Source: Takakia lepidozioides
Lineage: Eukaryota; Plantae; Bryophyta
DNA: 64,000 nt
Assembly (NCBI GenBank): GCA_030704615.1
Contig: CM060734.1
Location: 51,026,001 to 51,090,000 of the forward strand
Direction: 5' to 3'
Each line of letters starts with the position of its first letter. Position 1 is the stretch's first letter. This document shows, one piece after another, positions 10,398 to 23,555 of the stretch. The position numbers were made by a program, and so were the translations under genes. The notes beneath the pieces are model-generated. The model was not told the DNA's origin. It made no database searches and worked only from the letters and a program-made list of their open reading frames with translations.

Positions 10398-13383
10398 ATG
10401 GCAGCGCACCGTGTGGGCGTGCTGCAGATCAATGGAGATGCAAGTAGCAGCAGCTTTACTTCGCTTCTCGTTGTTTCTAGGACATGCAGGAATCCAGGCC
10501 GGTTTCATGTCTCGTTCCCTTTGAACAATTCGCAGTTCCTTGGAATTCAGTTGTGCAGTTCGAGTGTGAAGGAGTACCCGAAAGTTCGTGCTATCGATAG
10601 TCAGAGCTCTGCTTCCTTGGGTCCTTCTTTTGGTGAAGCATTTGGGCGTGGATTGAGCCACATTGAGCACAATCAAGTCGTGGAAGCGTTTTTTGAAGAA
10701 CATGAGGAGGTATTTGAGGACAAGAATCCTGGGTTTATGGATGAGTCGGGCGAGGATTGGGCTACTCAGATTTTTGCCGCAGGTGAGGTGAGTAGTGGCT
10801 CCACTGTGCTTCTGGGGCCAGGAACTGCGGGGCTCGTGCAGCAGCTTAGGCAACTTGGAGTCGACGTGCTGGTTGCGCACTGGTCGTTGCAGGTGCTGGC
10901 CAGTGTGAAGGAAGCTCATGATGAGGTCCGCTGCTTGCATGGGGACCTCCAGGATCTCCTATTCGTTATGGGCTCTTTGGATACTGTCTTCCTTGGTTAC
11001 CTGCCTGCCATTGCGTACTCTCCATTTGACCAGCTGAAGGCTATTGTGAGCCGCTGCAATGGCGGTAATATCTCTTGTCGCTGGTGGTCAAGAACTGGGA
11101 GTAAAAGTTTTCTTTGTTTGCAAATTGATTATCCTCTTCCGTCCATACTTCATAGGAATTGCTGGCTAACCGATTTGAATGCACACGCCTCCTGGGTGTC
11201 TGAAATGTGGCTTTTCACCAATTAGTGGTCTGGTTGCCAGGGAGGGACCTGAAATTGATGAATAACCGGCTCTGGTAATGAGGAAGAATCCAATTGAAAG
11301 CCCTAGAGGGTGGCAGTAGTTATGCTCTGCTGACATCCTGCTGATACATTCTCACTGTCTATCAGTTACGTTGTGCAAATGCTCATGAATTTAGGACTAT
11401 CTCATTAGCACTAGGTCAAAGATCTATTTGCAGGCATGACAATGGCAGAGATCAAAGGTTGATCAGGGGATGCATGTGACTGAGGTTGTAGGTGCAAGAG
11501 TGGTGATCAGTCACAGCCAGGGCAAGGGTAACCTGACAACATACAGGCGAAAGTACCCACACATTCTGCTACGTGATCTCCCTGAATTGGAGGAGTTGCA
11601 GGGCATGATTGCTTCGCTTCCGCTGGAAGTCGTTAGTTTCCAAAATGATCTGGACTTGTATCTCGCTGTTCTCAAGGTACAGTGCTTTGCAGTAAACTGA
11701 TTGGCATTCCTGATGAATCCACTGTAGTTGGATTAAATGGTTAAATTCTATAATGTGCCAAATAGATCGTGCTGTGAATACAGGTAACCAGCTCTGCCAC
11801 CAGAGCAGAAACAAAGAGTGAATTGGGAGTATCTGCAGCAGCTGGAGGTATTTCACATCTTCCAGGTGACTGTACAAAGGTGAAGGGTTGTTTCTCTATT
11901 CTTGTCGATGTTGAAATTCTTGAAGGTTGAAATAGGGCTTGTCTCACTACTAGCATCTTTCAAGAGATACTTTCAAGACTCTAATTTCATACGTATTGCT
12001 GTAAGCTCTTATCATCATTTCTGAACGTAGCATGATTGTGCCTGTCAGGGAAAATGGTTTCCAGTGGATTTTTGAAGCTATGGAGAAATATGTAGGGAGT
12101 GTCACTACAATCTGACGGAGATCCTGTTCATTAAGTGCAGGGCTAGCAGAACCAATTTACATGAGAGGCAAGGTGGTGTCTGGATTTGGCCGTGGAAGCA
12201 AGAAAATGGGCATTCCCACAGGTTTTGAACACCTCTGGCTAGTCAAGTTGAATGCACGTCTCTGTCCCCACATAGGCACTTGCAATCGTTTTAGCTATCA
12301 AAGTGGGTGGTTCAATTTGTTGTTTTATTTGTGTTTTCATGGCTTCATGTCTGGATCAGTGTGTGTTGAAGCTAGACCAGCCATGCATCTCTGTCGGTCT
12401 CCTATTTTGTGGGCTTAAAAGATTCAGGGTTAATGGGTGTGTATGGCAGCAAATTTATCTACAGAAGATTTGTCCCAGGCATTGCATTTGTTGCCGAAGG
12501 GCGTCTACTTTGGTTGGGCTCAGGTGAGGGCACCAGGGGTGGATGGAAGAGCTCATAAAATGGTTATGAACATTGGCAATCGGCCCACCTTTGCTGACAG
12601 TGAAGCTATCACAGTTGTGAGTACTTCCCGTTGACCACCTGGACTTCTTAGCTGTATTGTTTCTTCACAGCATCTGGTGTCATCGCCCATACACTCCCTC
12701 TTTTCGTTTTCTCTTTCAATTTAAAATTTCAACGCGATGTGGTGAAGTATTTGTCTATCATTTAAGACACTTGGTTTGGTTTAATGATTGTGCTTCCTGG
12801 GACACCATTAGCTCCCATAAAAGTAATGTGGGCTTCCCTTATAATGTGGTATCACAGAAGTGCATGGGATGATATGGGGGTTCTGATTTGAGAAGAGTGG
12901 TATGCCCTGCTCAGGAGGTGCATATACTGTATAGATATGAAGGTGCAGACTTCTATGGTGAAGAAGTTGCTGTCATTGTGTTGGGTTACATTCGTCCCGA
13001 AATGAAGTTCAAGTCGTTGGGTTTGTGTTCAATCCTGAAATTTGACTTTTTTCTTACACCTTGTTTGGATGCATGATGACTTTTTTTAAATGTCAGGCCC
13101 AATTTTTGAGATGCATCTGTTGTTTCTTGTTGTCATTGATCTCTTGTACAGCTACATGCTGTGAGTCTTAAGGCTAGGTTCCGGAGGGCTTTCTTTCCAA
13201 TTGCAACTCATAAAGCTAATTCTAAGAGTGCTGTGGAGCAGATGGATTGCTCTGAGTCTATGTGTGTGGGGTGTTGCAGATGAGCTGGTTGAAAGGATAC
13301 ATGTAGACATCAGAATGGCAGAGGAGCACTTGAGTGAAAAGTCCATGCATTCTTTTCAGTCTCACACTTTCTTTCTTTCCTGA
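10398..13383 (+). CDS. Putative plastid-targeted fusion: class I SAM-methyltransferase-like domain + C-terminal riboflavin kinase (flavokinase)
   Basis: Phase-consistent exons: 10398-11064, 11492-11676, 11784-11865, 12141-12221, 12450-12616, 12915-13020, 13280-13383. RFK motifs: GKVVSGFGRGSKKMGIPTAN, GVYFGW, KMVMNIGNRPTF, EVHIL...DFYGE...GYIRPE..F.SL..L...I..D. The N-terminal domain has VLLGPGTAG...GARVVISH...LYLAVLK after a Ser-rich transit-like leader. Confidence 0.8.
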
Positions 13384-14484
13384 AGCCATTTAGGAGGGTA
13401 GACTAAGTCAAATATACCTCAGTGCTCTAATGACCACTGACCAGGAGAGAGATTGCAAGAAAGTGATATTTTGTACCCTGTAAGACTTTTTGTTGGGAGA
13501 CATGTGGGTTGCACTCATCGCAGCAGTAGTTGCAGTTGTCAGAGTTTCCAATTCTTATTGAACAGGACTGGTGTATATGAAGTTCTTGTTTCTGGGCCCC
13601 TGACAAGGTCAAAATTTGAAGAGTCCATGTCTGTGCTTACGCTCTCAGTCCTCACTTATGTTAGCTATTTCTCTCTCACTTTTGAATAACGTCATTCTTG
13701 GTCCCATTGTGTGGGACACATTGTTGTTCGGAGTAGATGCTGTGCTTACTCCTGGGGAAGAATGCTATTACACTCGAAAATTGAACTCTTTGATGTTGCT
13801 TCGAGAAGTACGATGATCTCCTCTTCCCTGATCACCTTTCTAATGGAGCCTGGAAGGCTCTGTGCTCGTGTCATAGACAAGGTTTTGAAATTGTATGTGT
13901 ATATTGCAACAGATCGACAGGGCGCATGACCATACTGTAAGCTGTTCTATACAAGGAAAGCACTGGGTATTGCTCCAGTTTCCCTGCTCCAGTTTCCCTC
14001 CTCCAGTTCCCAGGAGGGAAAAAGACAACTTATTTAACCACAAGTAATGCATACAGTTATTCCATGTGTTGCAACATGAGTCAACCCCTAATGTCCTAAG
14101 TGATACTGAAATAACTGGACCTCCAGCCACCCAATGGCCCATAACTTTCAGAGCATTATCAGCATTCAAGGAAACTTGGGAGATTGTAACAATTTTGAGG
14201 AGGATTCATTCCAAAAGAAGATCCCATATGGAAAAAAATCTGGTTTTCTCATCGAAATTCTAAAACACAAGGTTGTTCTCAGTTAGGTGTTTTCTTGTAG
14301 TGCCATTTGGCAGAACGCAAGTCAAGGATGGCAAGCCCAAAAATTCACTTCAAATTTTGCTAGCAATCCATGGAATGAACAAATTTGCAAACGGTCATGA
14401 TGTGACTTGAGGAAATTTCAGATCTTTCAAAGATGAAATCTGATGAGTTTTGAGGGGTCATATCAACTCTGTCTTGGTTTCTAC

Positions 14485-16190
14485 CAGTGTTGGGCTGGTC
14501 TATTGATTTCCCTGATATACCCGGTGTGTATATCAGGGTATATTGATATATATATATATATATACCCTGGTATGGCAAATTTGTTCCCGAGGGTTTAATT
14601 TTTTCCCTCTAAATAATTCCAAATAAAATCTAGGTACTAACTTGGAAGTAGTATACCCTTATATCAGGGTATACTTTTATGATATACCCTTATCCTAATA
14701 TTTACCCTGCATGAAGACGTCCAATATACCCTACTTTTCTGAAGGGTATATGTTAAAATGAAGGGTATATCTAATCAGGGTATATAATATAATTGAGCTG
14801 CCATTCATTAATGTAGCAATGCTAGGATAGCCACCTTCGACACAGGAAATCATTCTTCTCGATTTCATATTCTAGTATTCTCTATTTCTCCTTCATGTCG
14901 ACGGTTCTGCATCTAGTTACGCATAGATTAAGCATGATCTTCAGTTCACGAGTATGGATACTCATCACGAGTATGACGTAGAAAAACTATTGATATCGAG
15001 CATGACCTTGACGTTGGGCCTCCAAGTGTCTCTCGACGTGACAATCATATACTGGTTTTATGTGAAGGGTCCACGACATATAGGAACGCAGACACAGAGG
15101 AGTCAACTACAAAAGAGGCAAGAGTATGTCGGGAGCTGGAAGCCTTAACAAAGCAGGCAAAATGTTGGGTGTCGTATGGTCGAAAATGTCCACCATAGGC
15201 ATTTTTTACGACAAACAGTGAGGAGGCAGTTTGCCCAATGAGCAAATTCTCCGTTGCAATCTATGTCATAGTTGAATGCTTGTGGTGTTGAGCGTCTTGT
15301 TTTAAAGACCAGAGGTAGAAAAGGTTTCATAAAATACAACAAATTGCATGGCGCTCATGTGATGAGGAAGCATGGAGAGGTATCGAGTAGATATCATGCA
15401 CTTTGTGCTGCTCGTCGTAAGGATCCTTTGGAGCCACATGAAAGAGAGACCTCTAAGAAATGGCAGAAAGTGACACCGGGTGCCATTTCCACATTTTTTG
15501 GTAGTGCTGTTCCCTACAAGAAAAATGATGAGAAGCAAAAGTCTTTCATGGAGGATCTGGTATTGCTTATAGAAAAAGGTTATTTTCCCTAGTCAAGTGC
15601 AAAAAAAAATTGGCTCAGTCGTTGTGTTCTACGCCGAGACCCACGTTGTGTCTTTCCTTCTTGGAGAATGCTCATGGAAGAGATTTTGCCCACAATGGTT
15701 GAAGCTACTATTGAGAGACATGCACGACCATACTTGGTTGAGTGTGTTACTGCCACTGCCACTTTTGACTTAGGGATGAGCAAGGGGCGCATGACACATT
15801 TGCCCTAGTAGTCAATTTTTTGACATCAAGTTGGGAGCCAAAGCATATTACACTGGGGCTTTTTGAAGCTAGTGATACAACTGGAGCTGGCTTAGCGAGG
15901 CAGCCGAGATCCTTACTTGTGAGGTTTGGACTGACCACAAAAAAATTATGTTATGTTAGAGATGAAAGCAACAATTTGTCCACTATGACTCAAGCTTTAA
16001 AATCGGTGGTAATTTGTGAAGCCCCCATTTGATGGGGCTTGCTATGGCCATGTCATGAGCAAGGCATGTCAATATTCCACCACAGAGGAGAAGGTTTGTG
16101 AAGGCCTTGGGGCCAATTTCTAATCATCAATTCAGTCTTGCATTGCATGGCCCAAAAAACCAGGCAAGGGGCGACAGGAATGGACAAAAG
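14485..16190 (+). mobile_element. hAT DNA transposon, 5' end and N-terminal half of degenerate transposase
   Basis: Probable terminus CAGTGTTGG at 14485, followed by clustered TATACCC/GGGTATA subterminal repeats (14510-14790). Transposase remnants: KSFMEDLVLLIEKGYFP, TFDLGMSKGAHDTFALVVNF, CYVRDESNNLSTM, CYGHVMSKAC, WPKKPGKGRQEWTK. Confidence 0.85.
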
Positions 16191-16320
16191 AACTCAATTT
16201 TAACTAATTCCGGACTTTTGGCTTAAATCCAGACAAAACTTAATACAATTTTGCATTTAAATTAAATCAAATATTATTATTATTATAAAGCAATGAATCA
16301 AAATTTAGCTTTCAAGTGAA

Positions 16321-16498
16321 TTTGCATGACTCCAAATTCATTAAACGTCGACATCACAGTCGAATAACATACATTAGACAATGCAAAAGATATATATTAA
16401 TTAGCACAATTTACATGACTCTAAATTCATTAAATGTCGACATCAAAGTCGAATGACATACATTCCACAATGCAAATGATACATACTAATTAGCACAA
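16321..16498. repeat. 89-bp tandem duplication (2 copies)
   Basis: 16321-16409 vs 16410-16498: TTT(G/A)CATGACTC(C/T)AAATTCATTAAA(C/T)GTCGACATCA...TAATTAGCACAA. Confidence 0.9.
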
Positions 16499-16919
16499 GT
16501 ATCCATGAAACATCGTTACTAAGTACATGTTGTCAATTAGTCTGCTATCCCAATACAAAGGAACTATCGTCCACAAACACCTTAGCCCTGAAACTAGAAC
16601 ATCTACACATAGGGCCGACATTGATAAGACTGGATGTCAGTCGCACGAATATCTGTTTTTGCAAATGCCTCCACGTAGATAGATAGCCTGTAAGAATGGA
16701 GACTCGAACTTTGATGAAATTGTTTGTTTCGCAAAAAAAAATATCGGTCTCGAATCCAAACTAACTCCTGCAAAAAAACAGCCACGGATATAAATTCATG
16801 AATACTAACACATGAATACAAGGGAAGGCGAACTGAAATGTATTCAAAATCGAAACCATACACCGAAATGAAAAAGTCTCATTCACATGAGAAATCCAAA
16901 TCAAATTTAATAAAATGTG

Positions 16920-19900
16920 GAAGAATCTATGGAACCTATGGAGCCTCTAGAAATTTTCAATCAAAATAACTTCTCCAAACCAATGTATCAATGTATTCCA
17001 AAGCTATCAAGGTACATGTATTTTTTTCAATGACTCGCTTCGGGATATGTGGTTTTGACGTATTGTAGGGTTTAGGATAAGAAAAAAATATAAATGTGGG
17101 AAAAAGAAAAACAACAGTGCATCGAACCTATAAGAATTTTCAATCAAATATCTCAACCTTGAATGCATTGTATCCCAACGTAAGAATTTGCTTTCTTAAC
17201 GAGCTTCAAACATGGATATAAGGTTGTAGGGGCATAAAGTTTTAGGAAAAATAAAAGTATGAATCATACAAAATAATGTAGGAAAGTTTATGACCTATAA
17301 AAACATTCAATCAAGTACTATTCTAACCATAATTGTGTTATACCCAAAGCTGAAAAATTGATTTGAATGAACTTCAAACATTTGAATGAAGTGTAGGATA
17401 GGGGTTCGGATAAGCAAAAGTACTATCAAGTACAAACGAAAATTGGAAGAATCTAGAACATATAAGAATTTCCGAGTAAATATCCCTAAGACTATCATAC
17501 ATATAAGCTGGAAAATAAAATTCATTAAGCTTCAAACGTAGAAACTACGTTTTAGGGTATACTAGAGTTTAGAACAAGCAAAAGTATGAATGACACAAAT
17601 AATGGGAGAGTGTTTAGAACTAATACAAACTTGTAATTAAATATTCCAACCACTATAGTATCCAACCCCAAAGTTAGAAAAGGCTAAAGCAATTTTTGAG
17701 TGAGCTTCAAACATTACAAAGATATTTTGGGGGTACTAGCCGGCTTAGGCTATTAAGCTAAAGTATAGATAAGAAACAAATATGGAAGAGTGTTTAGGAC
17801 CTACAAAAATGTCATTTAAAAATCCAGATCACTCTATATTTAAAGCGAGTTAATGGGGCAAAAAAAAATAACGAGCTTCAAACAATCAAAAAAGATTTTT
17901 AAGATGATATAAAATAGTTATAAAATCTCTCAAATAATATCGCAACCTCTCTATAGACTTCCCCAAAACTTATTAGTACTAGCCAAAAAAAAGGTTTAGT
18001 AGTCGATTCAATGTAAAAAAAGGGTTGAAAAGTGCTTAGAATTCCATACAAAATTTCAAGTAGTACTAAGCAATTTTTCTAATGAGCTAAATCAATCCTA
18101 TAAATGTCGGGATCAAATGTCCTGACCATATGCCCACTCTATTGTACCCCAAAGCTGACAAATTTAGAAATGGGAAAAAAACAGAAACGGGGCTTGGGCT
18201 TCAAACATGGATATGAGGTGGACAAAAGTATCAATTTGAGCAACTAATATGGAAGAGACTCGTCTACGAGATCCTACATTAAAAACTTTCAAAAAATAAC
18301 AACACTAGTACATAGAACCTATAAAAACTTTCAATCAAATATCCCACCTTTGAATGCATTATATCCCAAAGTAGGAATTTGCTTTCTTAACAAGCTTCAA
18401 ACATGGATATAAGGTTTTATAAAATTTATAAAAAATAAAAGTATGAACCACACAAAAATATGCATGAATGTTTAGGACCTATAAAAACGTTGCGCAATCA
18501 AGTCATATTAACCATTGTATTATACTGGAAAAGTAATTTGAATGAACTTCAAACATTTGAATGAGGTTTTGGGGTATAGGGTTTCGGATAAGCAAAAGTA
18601 CTACCAAGTACAAAAAGAAATATGTAAGAGTAAGAGTTACCAAGTAAATATCCCAAGGACTCTATATCACACATGTAAGCTGGAAAATAAAATTAATTGA
18701 GCTTCAAACATGGAAACTACGTTTTAGGGTATAAGGTTATGTCTCCGGCAAAAGTATGAATGACAGCGGTGATGGAAGAGTGTTTTCAATGAAATATTCC
18801 AACCACTCTAAAATGCAACCTCAAAATTAGAAAAGCAATTTTTGAATGAGCTCCAAACATTACAAAGATATTTTTGGGGTACCGGGCTTAGGCTATTAAT
18901 CTAAAGCACACATAAGAAACAAATATGAAAGAGTGTTTAGGATCTACAAAAATTTCATTTAAAAATCCAGCCGCTCTATCCTATCATAAAGCTCAATGGG
19001 GGAAAAAAATATTGAGCTTCAAACAATCAAAAAAGATTTCTAGGGTGTACTAGGATTTAGGGTAAGCAAATTTGATACTGATTCAATGACAAACAAATTT
19101 ACAAAAGTAATTAAGACATATAAAATCTCTCAATTAAATATCACAACCTCTCTATAGACTTCCCCAAAGCTTAGCAAAAAGAAGATTTAGTAGTCTATTC
19201 AATGAAACAAAAGGTTTTGAAAAGTGCTTAGGAAGTTCTATAAGAGATTGCAAGTAATACTAAGCAACAATTTTAATGAGCTAAATCTATCATATAAATG
19301 TTTCGGTCAAATGTCCCCACCACGTCCCACTCTATTGTACCCTAAAGCTGAAAAAAAATAAAAATGGGAAGAAAAATAATGGCGCTTGGGCTTCAAACAT
19401 GGATATGAGGTGGACAAAAGTTTCAATGAGAAACTAATATGGAAGAAACTTGTGTACAAGGTCCAGAAACAACAACAGTACATGGAACCTATAAAAACTT
19501 TCAATCAAGTATCCCAACCTTGAATGCATTGTATCCCAAAGTAGAAATTGGCTTTCTTAACAAGCTGAATCATACATGGATATAAGATTTTAGCCTTTAG
19601 GGGCATAAAGTTTAGAAAAAATAGAGGTATGAACCACACAAAAATATGCATGATTGTTTAGGACCTATAAAAACGTTGAACAATCAAGTGATATTCTAAC
19701 CATTATATTATACCCAAAGCTGGAAAAATGATTTGAATGAACTTCAAACATTCGAATGAGGTTTTAGGGTATAGGGTTTCGGATGAGCAACAGTACATTT
19801 ACCAAGTACAAAAATAAATATGGAAGAGTGTTTAGAACATATAAGAATTTCCAAGTAAATATACCGATAACTCTATCATATATGTAAGCTGAAAAATAAA

Positions 19901-20300
19901 ATTAATTGAGCTTCAAACGTAGAAACTACGTTTTAGCTTATAGGGTTTAAACAAGCAAAAATATGAATGGCACAAATAATGGGAGAGTGTTTAGGACCTA
20001 TACAAACTTTCAATTAAATACTCCAACCGCTCTAGTATGCAACCTCAAAGTTTGAAGCAATTTTGGAGTGTCAAGCTTCATACATTACAAAGATATTTTT
20101 GGGGTTATAGGCTTAGGCTAAACTAAAGTATACTAGATAAGAAATGAATATGAAAGAGTGTTTAGGACCTAAAAATATATCATTAAAAAATCCAAACCAC
20201 TCTATCATATCATAAAGCTCAATGAGAAAAAAATTTAAAAAGGTGAAAAAGTGTTTAGGATTTCAATAAAAACTTGCAAGTAGTATTAAGCAAATTGTTT
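16920..20300. repeat. AT-rich higher-order tandem repeat: ~170-bp monomers grouped in ~1.18-kb units (about 3)
   Basis: The anchor GAACCTATAA...TCAATCAA.TAT...TTGAATGCATT.TATCCCAA occurs at ~17125, ~18316 and ~19485. GAGCTTCAAACA and TTTAGGACCTA recur about every 160-180 bp. Confidence 0.85.
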
Positions 20301-20594
20301 TAAGATAATTCCCAATCACTCGAACAAAATTTATTCATGCAAAATTTATTGAAAGTGGTCCAAATTTTATTAGAAGAATGAACAACATTACAATTGAGCA
20401 GAACACATTTTTTTTTATCCATCATTCAAAGTCATTGAGGTTCGAAACATTACAAGAAAACAAGAATGTTAGAGAGTTGTCTGAATCCATACCATTTCAG
20501 TTTTCATGACCTGATGTTTCCAAATTTGCTATAACATTGTCCGCCTCTCAAGAGCTTATTTTTTTTGTGCTTGCTCTTGTCGAATTTATTCTCA

Positions 20595-21125
20595 GTGGGA
20601 CCGCTTCATTCCATAATTTCCATGCAGAGAAGAGATAACCCCTTCTTTGCCGAGTCTTTTATACTCCATATAAGTTGACCTGCCAATTCCATGAACTGTA
20701 CTCCACCACGCCTTCTCGTAGATATCCACTCCTTCAATAGTAATGTATGCTCGGCGAGTAAACCCCTCAAATCTGTGTAGTCTCCGTGGAATGTCAAATC
20801 CAAGCTCTCGTCTATTGTCAAAGGTGGATCCCCAAAATGTGATGCGAAGAGTAAGCGTCCTTTTTCAGTCAAAGAATTGAGGGCATCGAAGCTGACAACA
20901 TGGTTTGGTACTGACCTCTTTTACATATTTTTCTGAGAGTAACATCTTTAACTTTCTTGTTTCATCTAAAGCAACATCTCTTTTGGATCTACGAAAATGC
21001 CTGTAAGGAACCTTCTTTATATCACACTCACCATCCTCCGTTTCACTAGCCATACCGGAGCTGTAGAGATTTTGTAGATCGTCCAAAAACAACCTTCCAT
21101 TTTGCAAAAAAAATGTTCCAATCAA
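20595..21125 (-). pseudogene. Sola-type transposase N-terminal fragment (DDE core deleted)
   Basis: Read through one TGA: KPCCQLRCPQFFD*KRTLTLRITFW...DIPRRLH...YITIEGVDIYEKAWW...GIGRSTY...SSLHGNYG. This resembles the Cys-rich/HGN N-terminus of Sola-like transposases. Confidence 0.65.
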
Positions 21126-21809
21126 TAGTCACTTGACAATGGACATGAGAGATCCACATCCTAACCGACACCTCGGTAATGAGAACACCGACATGGTCCT
21201 CCCCGAGTTTGTCACAAAGTATCACCTTGTCCGAATTGCATGCGTGTACTCTACCTTCGTAGATTTCACCGTCTTCTTTCGTTAAGATGACACATATACG
21301 ATTTCTCTAGTTACTTCTTCCAAGAGGGCTCTCAAAATTTTCTCCGTCCACGGATTCTTCTGATCTTTCTCCATCTTTAGATGAGAACTTTGACATTCTT
21401 CGACTGGAGGTAGGATTCTCCAAACAAATGTCACATAAATCCCACATGAAAGGTGTCCCAAGAACCTCACTCAATGTGTCCGCATCCATATGATGATGTG
21501 ACAATTGCATCGTCTTGTAGTCATTTTCACATGTAGTGATTATCACACTAATTGTTGATGAGGTAAATGAACGCCCATGACATTGACCTTCACCAGTCAT
21601 ATTCAAGCAGTTGTCAGTTGCAACTACAATCCTCGACGTTTTGTGATAGAGAAGGATTTTTGGACCAGATAATAAAGAGTCCATTGCGAGAAAGAACAGA
21701 ACGTCGAAATGAATGTCGATGTTCCTTAGTTTTGACAGATAGTGATAGATCAAATATTTCGAAGGATTGGAACTGTATATCCTAATGAAGAGATATAGAA
21801 TAGATGGCT

Positions 21810-23233
21810 TCTATAGAATGTTGAAGATGACGCGTTCTCTTTTCTCGAGGAACTACTATTCATGGCTTCTTCCTGTTGTAGTTTTTCCGGAATCAGCCTC
21901 TTCCATCTAGGGTGTCATTCAAACATTGATCTGAACCTTGAAGCACAAACATAACATTGGATAAGACAGTTTAGGGTTGTTGCCCACGGTTGTTACAAAC
22001 AACCGCCATGAAGGAGGCAAATTTGATAGGAGTTGTAATATGTATTACATCATCTGAGATCTCCAAACCGGCTGCAATCATGTGGTTTAACATGCACCTT
22101 GGAATGATTCCAAGAATGTTGTCACAGGTTCTCCCTCCTTCATTTCCATTCCCATGAATGTCTTTTTAAGCATCAACTGTGTGGCTCTATCAGCATGTTC
22201 ATTAGAGCCTTGTGAAATATTCCCAAACTTCACTGGCTGTTTCAAGATTTCTGACCATCGGTTATAACTGATTGCTCCACAGTTCAGAAAGATGTCATAT
22301 TTGGCTCTAGCGTTCTTAAGTTGTCAGGCCTTCTACTCGTCAGGATCAATTGGCCCTGGGTTTTGTTAACCTCTTTTATTACGTTCAGCAAATCATTTCT
22401 TAGCAGCAAAATTTCGATTTTCATTTTCTAATTTGTGAAAGTTGTGCCATTTAGTTTTTCAGTCATTATGGAACGATGCTCAAAAGGTACCGATGCCATG
22501 GTAGACCTTGATTGTTAGATCAGATTAGTACCACGGACCAGCACTGCTTCTGGTTGATGGTGTGCATTGATCGTTGGATCAGGCTAGTACCACAACCAAG
22601 TAGAACTGCTTCCCCTTCTCTTTTGATAAGAGAATGAACACATATTGAGAATATTGTATCTATGTTTTCTGTGAATATACTAGAGAATGAGCCCATCATC
22701 TTTCTTATTAGAAAGAGAATGTTCATCTCTATCTTTTTCTGTAAAGCTATGATACCATCCAAGAAATTACACAGGATCTACTCCCATGAGAGAGCGGAGA
22801 AAAACATTGATCTAGATATATCTTCTGTAATAATAATTACACTTCTAGAGCTTTTTGTACTTTGTATTAAGAAGACAAAGAACTTAGCTACAACTTTTTA
22901 AAGTAACAGTTGCCAGTCGCTGTAGACCTAATCCTCATTACACATCACACTCCAAGAGTTGTGTCTAAATATTCATCATATCAGAGGAAACCTAGACTTA
23001 TGGATGAGATTATCTATCCCTTCAATAACGCAGTACTCACAAGTGGAGAAACAAACTTGCACGGTGATGAGATAGCTACACTATAGCTGCTCCTTCACCA
23101 CAACTTCCCTCCTCTTCCCCGCGCCTCTAGCCACAAGTTACGATCTTACCATTGTGTCCACAATATATATATAACTGCATGCAACTGTCGGTGTGTGACA
23201 CAATAAAGATGCTTCTTTTACTACTTTCTAACA
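21810..23233 (-). mobile_element. Ty1/Copia LTR retrotransposon 5' part: LTR, PBS, degenerate gag
   Basis: Minus-strand LTR start TGTTAG at 23233 and PBS TGGTATCATAGC (tRNA-iMet type) at 22757-22746. Gag from ATG 22499: EKLNGTTFTN*KMKIEILL..., TASEVWEY, MEMKEGEPV, LLSNLPPSW, LQQEEA. Confidence 0.75.
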
Positions 23234-23449
23234 AGACATACGACATAAATCGAGTTGTATAAACACTGTCAGGATGCTTCTTCTCCTGCTCTATCTACGG
23301 ACAGGTGCATTCAGGACGGTGCACACAACCCACGTGAAATGAAGGCTCTTTGGATACATCTAGATATGAGTGCTGAGAAAGATGGAAAAACGGGCGCAAA
23401 ATCCTGGTCTGAAATAATTCCGTTACATACCCCGTTCCCCAGAAGCGAG

Positions 23450-23555
23450 CAGGGAGAGCGAGAGAGAGGAAGAGAGAGGGAACGAGAGAGAGGGAACGAG
23501 AGGAGTTGCGAGGGGAGAGAGAGACTAGAGGGGGAGCAAGAGAGAGCGAGAGACA
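23450..23555. repeat. (GA)n-rich low-complexity tract
   Basis: Imperfect GAGAGAG run. Confidence 0.8.

Larger units (their letters stand above)
16191..21800 (-). mobile_element. Sola-like DNA transposon, left arm (TIR, AT-rich satellite, truncated transposase)
   Basis: TIR AACTCAATTTTAACTAATTCCGGACT at 16191 after AAAG; it matches the copy at 27316 in 23/26 positions. A 4-bp TSD fits Sola. Confidence 0.7.
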
